A stretch of DNA of 50,350 nucleotides, taken from Prevotellaceae bacterium. GTDB taxonomy: Bacteria; Bacteroidota; Bacteroidia; Bacteroidales; UBA932. The notes beneath the pieces are model-generated. The model searched no databases. It worked only from the letters and a program-made list of their open reading frames with translations, and had not been told where the DNA came from. Every line of letters starts with the position of its first letter. Positions within the stretch are counted from its first letter, which is position 1. The stretch covers positions 1 to 50,350 of the forward strand of contig JAISPX010000141.1 of assembly GCA_031274595.1 (NCBI GenBank). Reading direction: 5' to 3'. The position numbers and the translations under genes were made by a program. Of the stretch, positions 17,978 through 26,688 are shown piece after piece.

Positions 17978-18508
17978 ATGAAAAAAATATTATTAACACT
18001 CGTTATTGCGGTTTTGTCGTTGTCGGCAAATGCTCAAAACAAAAATTTTTATGATTTTACAGTCAAAACCATCGACGGAAATGATTTTTCGTTATCCGAA
18101 TTAAAAGGCAAAAAAGTAATAGTTGTGAACGTTGCATCCAAATGCGGACTAACGCCTCAATACAAACAATTACAGGAATTGTATGAAAAATTCCAAATCG
18201 TTATCATCGGTTTTCCTGCAAATAATTTCGGCGCTCAAGAACCGGGAACAAACAACGAAATAAAGGAATTTTGTACAGCCAACTACGGCGTTACTTTTCT
18301 GATGATGGAAAAAATATCTGTTAAAGGCGATGATATTGCTCCTTTGTATAAATGGCTTACACAGAAAGCGGAAAACGGCAAAGAAGATGCCGAAGTTACA
18401 TGGAATTTTCAGAAATTTTTGATTGATGAAAACGGCAACTGGGTAAAATCAATATATCCTCGCACCTCTCCTACTGACAACGAAATTATTTCGTGGATTC
18501 AAAATTAG
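17978..18508 (+). CDS. Glutathione peroxidase (Cys type), secreted
   Basis: 176 aa with VASKCGLTPQY (catalytic Cys encoded by TGC at 18143-18145), WNFQKFL and an N-terminal signal peptide. Confidence 0.9.
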   Translation: MKKILLTLVIAVLSLSANAQNKNFYDFTVKTIDGNDFSLSELKGKKVIVVNVASKCGLTPQYKQLQELYEKFQIVIIGFPANNFGAQEPGTNNEIKEFCTANYGVTFLMMEKISVKGDDIAPLYKWLTQKAENGKEDAEVTWNFQKFLIDENGNWVKSIYPRTSPTDNEIISWIQN

Positions 18509-18517
18509 TAACAATTC

Positions 18518-18577
18518 TGAAAGTTCCCTTAGTACCTAAAAAATTTATTCCTTTTCAAAAATAAGGGTTAAGATTTT
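18518..18577. repeat. Left boundary repeats of the XRE-barrel cassette: 19-nt direct repeat (18518-18536) and 25-nt inverted repeat (18553-18577)
   Basis: tgaaagttcccttagtacc matches 21899-21917 at 18 of 19 positions. tttcaaaaataagggttaagatttt is the inverted partner of 21879-21903 (first 15 nt identical). Confidence 0.7.
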
Positions 18578-18683
18578 AAATGTTGATGCAGATTTTTGAT
18601 TATTTTTTGAAAAGACTAAACAAATACCTCGAAATTTTTGGCTACTCGAAACCATTAAAATGTAAAAAATTATCAGATAATAT

Positions 18684-19070
18684 TTATTTGTTTTTCTTCA
18701 ACAGTTCTTCTATCAAACGAAATTGCGATTCCAATAATTTGGAAATTTGCTCCTGCATTTTCAGCACTTGTTCCATCAAGGATGTTGAAGGTTGAATATT
18801 GATAGTAGGAATAGTATTGGCAATAATATTATTCTCACCTTTTATTTCGTTGTTCGACAGGTTGATTTTTTCATTATCATCAAGTAACTCAACAATATCA
18901 ACTTTATAATATTGAGAAAGTTTAAGCAAATTATCAGCCGAAGGCTTGCATTTGCCTGCTTCCCATTTGTTGTACGCATTTTGCGAAACATCTAAAATAT
19001 CGGCAATCTCTGTTTGCGAAAGTTTGTGCTGATGCCGTAAATTTAACAATTTTGTACCTAATGATGCCAT
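18684..19070 (-). CDS. XRE-family HTH transcriptional regulator
   Basis: HTH LSQTEIADILDVSQNAYNKWEAGK followed by a C-terminal coiled-coil-like tail. The ORF-track start 19076 is a TTG; the ATG at 19070 is preferred. Confidence 0.85.
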   Translation of the reverse strand: MASLGTKLLNLRHQHKLSQTEIADILDVSQNAYNKWEAGKCKPSADNLLKLSQYYKVDIVELLDDNEKINLSNNEIKGENNIIANTIPTINIQPSTSLMEQVLKMQEQISKLLESQFRLIEELLKKNK

Positions 19071-19099
19071 ATACAATTAAATTTTATTTGTTTATGGTA

Positions 19100-19107
19100 C
19101 AAAGATA
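19100..19107 (-). promoter_or_regulatory. Candidate -7 box TATCTTTG (TAnnTTTG) for the XRE gene
   Basis: The plus strand reads caaagata, 30 nt upstream of the ATG at 19070. The identical box lies in the same context at 23639-23646 upstream of the S41 gene. Confidence 0.4.
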
Positions 19108-19208
19108 ATTGTTTTTTTATAACATAAACAAAAAGTTGTACAAATAAATTCATTTTATACAATATGTTGTTGATAAAAAATACTTGTTATATATTGTACA
19201 AAAGTAAA

Positions 19209-19339
19209 GGAGGCTGTCTTAAAAGTCTCAAAAAAAGCGATTATCATTGCGGGCTTGACCCGCAATCTCCTAATTATCACATGCGATTTTTCAGGAGATA
19301 CCGTGTCAAGCACGGTATGACGGGCTTTTAAGACAGCCT
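19209..19339 (+). mobile_element. 131-bp MITE-like element with 16-nt perfect terminal inverted repeats (gaggctgtcttaaaag / cttttaagacagcctc)
   Basis: A full-length near-identical inverted copy lies at 43303-43431 and a variant copy at 1-154. Internal hairpins are attgcgggcttgacccgcaat and ataccgtgtcaagcacggtat. It is absent from the otherwise homologous intergenic region at 23727-23785. Confidence 0.7.
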
Positions 19340-19386
19340 CATTAAAAATTCAAATTATTGTGTTGCTTTTACTTCACATTTTTTAT

Positions 19387-19394
19387 TAATTTTG
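19387..19394 (+). promoter_or_regulatory. Candidate -7 box TAATTTTG for barrel gene 1
   Basis: It matches TAnnTTTG 23 nt upstream of the ATG at 19418. The same box in the same context lies at 23824-23831. Confidence 0.4.
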
Positions 19395-19417
19395 TACTAT
19401 ATTTAACGTTTTAAAAT

Positions 19418-21745
19418 ATGAATATAAAAAAAATAACTTTAACGCTTTTCTTCATGAATTTTGTGTCATCGCTTGCTATGGCACAATCAATTAAAACCGA
19501 CATCAAAGTATTGTCGGTTGATGATTTGAAACCCATTGCGGAGGCAAAACTTTGCTTTATCGACACTGTTGTTGTTGATACAATTTGTTATTATTCAAAT
19601 GAAGATGGCGCTCTTAGTGCAGAGTTGCCAAAAGGCATTTACAATGTAAGCATAACCGCTTCTGATTTTGAATATTACGAAGATAAAATTATGATTGATG
19701 GAAGCCCAAAGACTTTTTATTTGTGGGGAAACAAAATTTTAAATTTGGACGAAGCGGTGGTTACCGCACGAAGGAAAAATTTATCTCGCAGTTTTGGCAC
19801 AACAACACTCACTGTAAATAACAGTTCGATTTTTCAAAATGCGCAATTCAATGACATTATAGGCATCATTCCGGGTGTAATGGTTAATAATGCCCAAGTC
19901 AGCATACTGGGAAAAACGCGAATTTTATATTTGATTAATGGACGGGAAACATCTATTAATATTTCACAATTGCAAGCGGATCAGATAGATAAAATAGAAG
20001 TGATGAGCAATCCCTCGGCGAAATATCAGGCAAATTATGATGCAGTAATAAATATCATTTTATTAAAAAATGAAAACAAGGGTTATTCTGCAAGTATTTA
20101 TACATCACTGATAAATAATGGTGAATATTCGCATTACAACTATGTGGAATTGGGAGCTAACTTCGGAAAATTAACTTTTGAAGGTAATTTCAGCTACTAT
20201 TTCGATAATGGAAAAGTGAACGACAATGGCTGGCAAATGTTTGAAAACACATTTGAATCGTTTCAGCAATACTATAACCGAACAGCGCAGGAGTTGGAAA
20301 CATCGGCAACGCTTACCTACGAAATGAACAAATTTAACCAAATTGGAGCATCAATAAATTTTTCCAATCAGCCCAAAAATAGCAGTACAATAAAAACAGA
20401 AAGTTCATTCTACGATTTGGACAACAAGCTCGACTCGTTGATAACATCTTTTAATAACCAAAATGTGAAAAATAGCGCTTTGATTACCAGCGTTTTTCAT
20501 GTACTAAAAAACAAGAAAAACACATTAAGTTCTTATTTTTCCTTTATTGATGTAAAGAATTTACTAAATAATAAAATTGATTCTTACAACGAACAATTTA
20601 ATTCGCTTAATCAGAATGTATTAAGCAATGAAAAAAACAAAACTTATATAATCAATTCCGATTATGAATACAAATTCAATGATATCCACAAGATAGAAAT
20701 TGGCGGACGTTTCACTTGCTTTGAGGGAAAATATTCGCTGCTGAACACAAATTTTCAAAATATAATTTCGGACGTGCAATTCAATTTCAAAGAGGATATT
20801 ACGGCTCTTTATGCCATTTATTTTTTTGAAAAATCAAATTTCAACTTTTCATTAGGCGCACGGTATGAATATTTTTTTAGAAATGTAGCATTTAACAAAA
20901 TATCAGGCAAACAGGTAAGAGAAGGCGATTTTTTTCCATCATTAAGTATTGGTTACAAAACAAATAACAAACTGCATTTCATTGATTTAACTTATACAAA
21001 AAAAATTCATCGCCCTGTATTCAGCAAGATTACGCCATTTGAGTACAACTACAATTACAATACAATTTTTAGAGGCAATCCTAATCTGAAAAACGAGATA
21101 GTTCATTCATTTCAAGTGTCTTATAAATTCAAGGATTTGATAAGCATTATGCCTTATTTAAATTATTTTGACAATTATACATCGGATGTAAAAATAGTGG
21201 AAAACAATGAAACAATTTGGTATCCATCCAATTATAAGGCATCTAACTACGGCGCTTACATTTACAATAATTTTACACTTTTCAAGAAATTCAGTTTTTA
21301 CAATCAACTACAAATTGGGATGGAAACGAACAGAGGAAACATTGAAAATCATGCATTTAATAAATCAAATTTCAGATATGGATTTTATTTGGCACAAACC
21401 TTCAAATTGAATACGAAATTTAGTGTAACAGCTTATGAAAGTTACACATCAAAGGAAATTTTCGATTTTACAGAACAAAAACAAGGATTTCGCACCGACA
21501 TAAGCATTAATTACAATCTTTACAAAAACAATTTGAAGACCCGTATCAGATTTAACGATATTTTCAATACATTTTATAGCATTTTCGAAATGGATATAGA
21601 TGGTTTGAAATCATACAGATATAGCAATTTGTCGGTTCGTGGATTGACAATTTCATTGCAATACAACTTCCAATGGGGCAAAAAGAGCAATGCCAATGCC
21701 GTAAAAATAATTGACAATATAAACGAGCAAAACCGCGTAAGATAA
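19418..21745 (+). CDS. Outer-membrane beta-barrel protein (CarboxypepD_reg-like N-domain + plug-like segment + OMP_b-brl_3-type barrel)
   Basis: 775 aa with a signal peptide and a Y/N/F-rich alternating beta-strand pattern. The terminal strand motif LQYNFQWGKK is shared with the two paralogues. Confidence 0.85.
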   Translation: MNIKKITLTLFFMNFVSSLAMAQSIKTDIKVLSVDDLKPIAEAKLCFIDTVVVDTICYYSNEDGALSAELPKGIYNVSITASDFEYYEDKIMIDGSPKTFYLWGNKILNLDEAVVTARRKNLSRSFGTTTLTVNNSSIFQNAQFNDIIGIIPGVMVNNAQVSILGKTRILYLINGRETSINISQLQADQIDKIEVMSNPSAKYQANYDAVINIILLKNENKGYSASIYTSLINNGEYSHYNYVELGANFGKLTFEGNFSYYFDNGKVNDNGWQMFENTFESFQQYYNRTAQELETSATLTYEMNKFNQIGASINFSNQPKNSSTIKTESSFYDLDNKLDSLITSFNNQNVKNSALITSVFHVLKNKKNTLSSYFSFIDVKNLLNNKIDSYNEQFNSLNQNVLSNEKNKTYIINSDYEYKFNDIHKIEIGGRFTCFEGKYSLLNTNFQNIISDVQFNFKEDITALYAIYFFEKSNFNFSLGARYEYFFRNVAFNKISGKQVREGDFFPSLSIGYKTNNKLHFIDLTYTKKIHRPVFSKITPFEYNYNYNTIFRGNPNLKNEIVHSFQVSYKFKDLISIMPYLNYFDNYTSDVKIVENNETIWYPSNYKASNYGAYIYNNFTLFKKFSFYNQLQIGMETNRGNIENHAFNKSNFRYGFYLAQTFKLNTKFSVTAYESYTSKEIFDFTEQKQGFRTDISINYNLYKNNLKTRIRFNDIFNTFYSIFEMDIDGLKSYRYSNLSVRGLTISLQYNFQWGKKSNANAVKIIDNINEQNRVR

Positions 21746-21878
21746 CTAATAAATATGTTCAAATTATCAAAATATTTCGATTGTTCAAAAATACTATCAA
21801 GTTGTAAAAATTACAACTTTTATGTGTTTATATTATTATTTATTTGACTAAATTTGTATCATAATTTTGTTAAAAACG

Positions 21879-21917
21879 AAATTTTAATCCCTTATTTTTG
21901 AAAGTTCCCTTAATACC
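21879..21917. repeat. Right boundary repeats of the XRE-barrel cassette (inverted repeat 21879-21903, direct repeat 21899-21917)
   Basis: aaattttaatcccttatttttgaaa and tgaaagttcccttaatacc. See the partner repeats at 18518-18577. Confidence 0.7.
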
Positions 21918-22016
21918 CCGCACGGTTCTTTATCTCTTGCTGTATTTTCTATAATAAATTTTTTTTATAAATTATAGATAAAATATGCTTGTAAATTCTG
22001 CAAAATAATCGTGTAA

Positions 22017-23612
22017 TTATTCTAATTCTAACACTTTTTTAAATAAATAATCATATTTGTATAAGCAATTTTCGTTTTGCATATCAAACATCCTGTAATC
22101 AAGATATTTCATCTTTTCTTCAAAAGGAAATTCAATGACTATTTCTGGAATATCCTGATAAACATCTAAAGCGCTGTTTACATTTGTGAAGTCAATTAAA
22201 GGTTCGAGTCGAAATGAAAATTTAGAATTTTTTAATTGAAAAAGCATTGGCGCTGTACCAAAGCCAGCCAGTAATCCTGTTGGCTCTCCTATAGATATTA
22301 ATTGCTCTACATGCCGACAATAACTTGTTATAGAATGACCTGCCGAATAAACATCTTCATCTTGCAAAACATAAATTTTCCCATTGTATCTTAAAGAATT
22401 GCTATCAGGAACAAAATAGAATGGGTTGGAAATAGACAAATATTCTGTTCCCGGCAACCATTCAAATGGTTGCAGTTTTATGATAGTGGAATCTCTTTCT
22501 TTTACATCAAAACGTTGTCGCATTAATTCGGTATTTAAAAATGCCACTTTGGGGTCATAAATTAACGAATCAGCAACAATGGCTTTCAATAAATTATGCC
22601 AAGCCGCATCGCCGCCGCCTTTATTGCCCCGCACATCTATAATTATCTTATTGATTATTTTACCTTTACCAATTTCTTTTACTTTTTCTGCTGTAGCCTT
22701 ACCAAAATCTTTTAGTTTTTCTACTGTTGCGTGTTCAGGGTCTTGCATATCTTTAAGATAGACATATAATATTTTATCTTTTTCAAAATATAACACTCTG
22801 TTTTCTCTGTTAGATGGAGGATTATAATATTTAAAATCAGGGTTGCGAGAAAGGCTGGTGTCGCTTAATTGAATAATATCGGTACCGCTATATCGGTCTA
22901 AATTTATAGCATAAATATCTCCATTTTCATTTTCTACAACCAATTCATCATTCTTTAAAAACATAGAATAATTACAATAATATTGATTTCGTTTAAAATT
23001 CCAGCGAATGCTTCCATTTAAAAAACGATGACTGTTTTTCATAACATAATCACTGTATGGATTATTGTTATAGGAAATTATTTTTGCATTCTTCAGTATC
23101 AAAGTATCCTTTTCATTGTTTGTAAGCGTGTACAAACCATGCAAATAATAATCTCCATCTATATACGATGGGTTACATGGAAAGTACGCAGATACAGTTT
23201 GTCCTGTTTTTTCCCTCTTTTCACTTATCCAGTTATCATATCCTGTCTTGATTTTATTTATTATTTTTGTGTCTATTCCGGTGGTATCAGTCCATGGACT
23301 GCAACATTGCGCCTCCATAAATGCATGTATATCATACATGTACCTCATAGCGAAATCAAATAATCTTATAAATTGGTAATAATCTTGAATAGTATCTATT
23401 TCTGCTTTAAGCAATTTTACGGAATCTAATTGACTGTATCCTGTAGCAGCTTTTCGAACAGGCAATTGTGGATTTGCATTCTCTAAAATGAAGATAAACT
23501 CATCAAAATCTTCATGCATTTGCTGTTTTGTCAGTGTTGGAGGAAAATCTTGAGCATTAGCCGCAAAACTGCAAAAAATAATTATAAAAGTAAAAAATTT
23601 TTTCATAAACAT
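22017..23612 (-). CDS. Secreted S41-like (tail-specific/tricorn-type) peptidase family protein
   Basis: 531 aa with a signal peptide. IIDVRGNKGGG resembles the S41 DxRxNxGG motif, and VYSAGHSITSY is a candidate nucleophile region. The family call is moderate. Confidence 0.65.
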   Translation of the reverse strand: MFMKKFFTFIIIFCSFAANAQDFPPTLTKQQMHEDFDEFIFILENANPQLPVRKAATGYSQLDSVKLLKAEIDTIQDYYQFIRLFDFAMRYMYDIHAFMEAQCCSPWTDTTGIDTKIINKIKTGYDNWISEKREKTGQTVSAYFPCNPSYIDGDYYLHGLYTLTNNEKDTLILKNAKIISYNNNPYSDYVMKNSHRFLNGSIRWNFKRNQYYCNYSMFLKNDELVVENENGDIYAINLDRYSGTDIIQLSDTSLSRNPDFKYYNPPSNRENRVLYFEKDKILYVYLKDMQDPEHATVEKLKDFGKATAEKVKEIGKGKIINKIIIDVRGNKGGGDAAWHNLLKAIVADSLIYDPKVAFLNTELMRQRFDVKERDSTIIKLQPFEWLPGTEYLSISNPFYFVPDSNSLRYNGKIYVLQDEDVYSAGHSITSYCRHVEQLISIGEPTGLLAGFGTAPMLFQLKNSKFSFRLEPLIDFTNVNSALDVYQDIPEIVIEFPFEEKMKYLDYRMFDMQNENCLYKYDYLFKKVLELE

Positions 23613-23638
23613 AAAATTTTAAATATTGTTATACGATA

Positions 23639-23646
23639 CAAAGATA
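23639..23646 (-). promoter_or_regulatory. Candidate -7 box TATCTTTG for the S41-like gene
   Basis: It has the same sequence context as 19100-19107 and lies 27 nt upstream of the ATG at 23612. Confidence 0.4.
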
Positions 23647-23823
23647 ATTGTTTTTTATAACATATTTTATAACATAAACAAAAAGTTGTGCAAATAAATT
23701 CATTTTATACAATATGTTGTTGATTCTAAAACATTTTATTGCACGTATTAACAAAAATCAGGATTATCTTTGTAATATGAAAAATTTAAATTATTTGTGT
23801 TACTTTTATTTCACGTTTTTCAT

Positions 23824-23831
23824 TAATTTTG
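23824..23831 (+). promoter_or_regulatory. Candidate -7 box TAATTTTG for barrel gene 2
   Basis: It matches TAnnTTTG 26 nt upstream of the ATG at 23858, within a block homologous to 19346-19417. Confidence 0.4.
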
Positions 23832-23857
23832 TGCTATAATTTTAAATTTTAAAAAAT

Positions 23858-26227
23858 ATGAAAAAAATTATTTTCTCTTTAACATTTATATTTTCGTTTT
23901 TTGCTGCTCAATCTCAAAGTATTACAGGCAGAATAACAGACGAAAACCAAAATCCTGTAGAATTTGCAAATGTGATTTTGCTAAAAACTTCAGACTCAAC
24001 ATTTGTGATGGGTGTTGTCAGCGACAGTTTGGGAAATTTTGAAATAAAAACGACAGAAAGTAATTACTTCTTACAAATATCGGCAATGGGTTATAAAACT
24101 TTACGGCAAAATATAAATCAAAATAATTTGGGAACAATAATACTGCAACAGGATGCAGCCATGTTGCAGGAAGCGCAGATTACAGCCATGAGACCGCGAA
24201 TTACCGTAACAAATACGGGAATAGAGGTAAATATTGAAAATTCTATGCTGGCAACGGGAAATACTATTGAATCACTTTTTCAGCAACTGCCGGGAGTGTG
24301 GATTAACAATGGCAATATTTCAATTAACGGTAAAAGCGGAGTTTTGGTGATGGTTAACGAACGCGAGGTAAATTTTTCGGGCGAACAACTCTCTGCCTAT
24401 CTTAACTCGCTGCGTTCTGAAGATGTCAGCAAAATTGAAATAATAAGCAATCCTTCATCAGTTTACTCTGCAGCCAATCTTGGCGGAGTTATAAAAATAA
24501 TTACCAAGAACAAAATTGACGAAGGTTGGAGCGTGATGTTGAGCAACAGCTTTAATATGCTGGCATATACCGGCGTACAGCCGTATGCATCGTTTCAATA
24601 CGGCAGAGGTAAATTTATGAGCCGTTTTTCTGTTAATGGAAATTTTGGCAAGGGAAGCGGTTTGTTTAGCGACTCCGACGAAAAAGATTTGTTATCGGGA
24701 GTTTCATATATTTCACATTCCGAAAACAAAATGCTTGATAAAAATTACTCGTTCAATGCCGACTTGTTTTATAAAATCAACGACAGAAACAATGTTGCCT
24801 TTAATGCAGGTTATTTGCTGTGGAGTAAGGACGAAGATATTACAGGCAACACTAATGTAAACGACAACAATTCAACCACAGTTTCTACCGACAATAACAG
24901 AAACGATATACAAAAACAGCAGGTTTACTGGTTTGCATTGAATTACAATTTGCTGCTCAATAATGATGGCTCAGACAAGTTAATGCTAATAGCAAATTTC
25001 GATAATCAATTCAGTTATACAACTGATAATCACAATGAATTTTCTAATTACGATAACCAGCATCAAATAATTTCCGAAAATGGTTTTTTGAACAAACAAA
25101 ACAACCCTTACCGTATTTTTGCCGCAGATTTGCGTTATATCAATAATTTAGGTAAGGCGGGAAACATAATTACAGGATTTAAATACAGTATTTCAAATGT
25201 TTATAATGATTTCTCTTATTTTGATAAACTGAATAACGCTTGGCAACTGAATGATACAATAGGTTACAATTTTCATTATAACGAGCAACTTTTTGCCTTT
25301 TACGCTCAATATTATATAAATCGTGAAAAATGGGATTTGACCGCAGGTTTACGAGCAGAAGGGACGACAGGCAACGTAATTGATGTTACAGAAACCGACA
25401 GGCGTTTCGACCTTTTTCCTGCCGTATTTTTCAATTATTTTTTAACCAAATCACAAACGCTGGGAGTTTCGTACTCGCGTCGTATTCAGCGAATTTCGTA
25501 TTTCAGACTTATGCCTCGCCGATGGTATTCTTCGCAATACAGCATTATGGAAGGAAATCCAGATTTAAAACCAAATATTCACAACAATTTTGAAGTAAAT
25601 TACAATATTTCAAATAAATACAGTTTTTCTCTCGGATATTACTGGAATAATAACTCATCGAGTTCGTACAGCAGAAGCCAAACTATTGACAATAAAACTG
25701 TTTTTGTAAATACATATAAAGATGGAATAAAAAACAAAAATTTCAATTTCAATGCCTATATTCCAATTACATTTACAAAATGGTGGAGTAGCGTAAATCA
25801 ACTGTATGGCAATTATAATGAATATAAATCGGCAGATTTCGATTATAAAAACTTCAGTTATGGTTTTTTCACTCAGCATACTTTTTTGATGTTTTGGAAA
25901 CTGAAATCCGAAATCTTATACCGATTTTATTCTCCCGAAAAAAGCGCTTACAGCGAAGACGATCCATATCACTTACTCAATTTTTCTGTTCAAAGAAACT
26001 TTTTATCCGATAAGTTAACAGTAAAATTATCTCTTGACCGAATTTTATGTTATCAAAAACCAACAACAACAACAACAACTCCAACTGTTGTTTCAATCAG
26101 TAAAATGTATGGTAGAAGTATTCCATATATGTCGTTTACAATAACATATAATTTCAGCAAAGGCAAAACACAACGAATGCCTAACAGAACAAATGCCAAT
26201 ACTCAGGAAAAAAACAGAACTTATTAA
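23858..26227 (+). CDS. Outer-membrane beta-barrel protein, paralogue 2
   Basis: 789 aa with the same architecture as 19418-21745. The terminal strand is ITYNFSKGKT. It contains an (ACA)n poly-Thr tract at 26061-26079. Confidence 0.85.
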   Translation: MKKIIFSLTFIFSFFAAQSQSITGRITDENQNPVEFANVILLKTSDSTFVMGVVSDSLGNFEIKTTESNYFLQISAMGYKTLRQNINQNNLGTIILQQDAAMLQEAQITAMRPRITVTNTGIEVNIENSMLATGNTIESLFQQLPGVWINNGNISINGKSGVLVMVNEREVNFSGEQLSAYLNSLRSEDVSKIEIISNPSSVYSAANLGGVIKIITKNKIDEGWSVMLSNSFNMLAYTGVQPYASFQYGRGKFMSRFSVNGNFGKGSGLFSDSDEKDLLSGVSYISHSENKMLDKNYSFNADLFYKINDRNNVAFNAGYLLWSKDEDITGNTNVNDNNSTTVSTDNNRNDIQKQQVYWFALNYNLLLNNDGSDKLMLIANFDNQFSYTTDNHNEFSNYDNQHQIISENGFLNKQNNPYRIFAADLRYINNLGKAGNIITGFKYSISNVYNDFSYFDKLNNAWQLNDTIGYNFHYNEQLFAFYAQYYINREKWDLTAGLRAEGTTGNVIDVTETDRRFDLFPAVFFNYFLTKSQTLGVSYSRRIQRISYFRLMPRRWYSSQYSIMEGNPDLKPNIHNNFEVNYNISNKYSFSLGYYWNNNSSSSYSRSQTIDNKTVFVNTYKDGIKNKNFNFNAYIPITFTKWWSSVNQLYGNYNEYKSADFDYKNFSYGFFTQHTFLMFWKLKSEILYRFYSPEKSAYSEDDPYHLLNFSVQRNFLSDKLTVKLSLDRILCYQKPTTTTTTPTVVSISKMYGRSIPYMSFTITYNFSKGKTQRMPNRTNANTQEKNRTY

Positions 26228-26688
26228 AATATATAAAATGAAAAAAAGCGAAAATTCAATAATTAATTACGATTTTCTTTCATTCTTCTTTTTTCTTGAG
26301 AAATAAAGAAACAAAAAATCAAGGTTCACTCTTATCGGCGACCCGCTAATGTAAAATAATGTTTCGTCTGCAGTTGCATATCAACGGAATTTTGTTTTAA
26401 CGCTATCTTCGGCAAGCGGATTATCCCGCATCGAAACCTATGCCGATTTTGCCTGCTAATCAATTTTTATTTTTTATAATACAAAGATAAAACTATTTTA
26501 CATAAATAGATAAATAAATTATGAAAATAAATTCATTTTATACAAAATACTGATTTTCATAAATAGAGTATTAAATTTGCAAAAAATTTAATACGGATGC
26601 ATCAAAATGCATTTTTTTACGTTATATATATGTAAAGAATTTTAATAACTGACAGGCTACGAAGAAATATTGAATAAAAAATACAAAT

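Noticed and set aside
18143-18145. Possible selenocysteine (in-frame TGA) at the glutathione peroxidase active site
   Set aside because: The active-site codon is TGC (Cys) in VASKCGLTPQY, and the ORF is uninterrupted.
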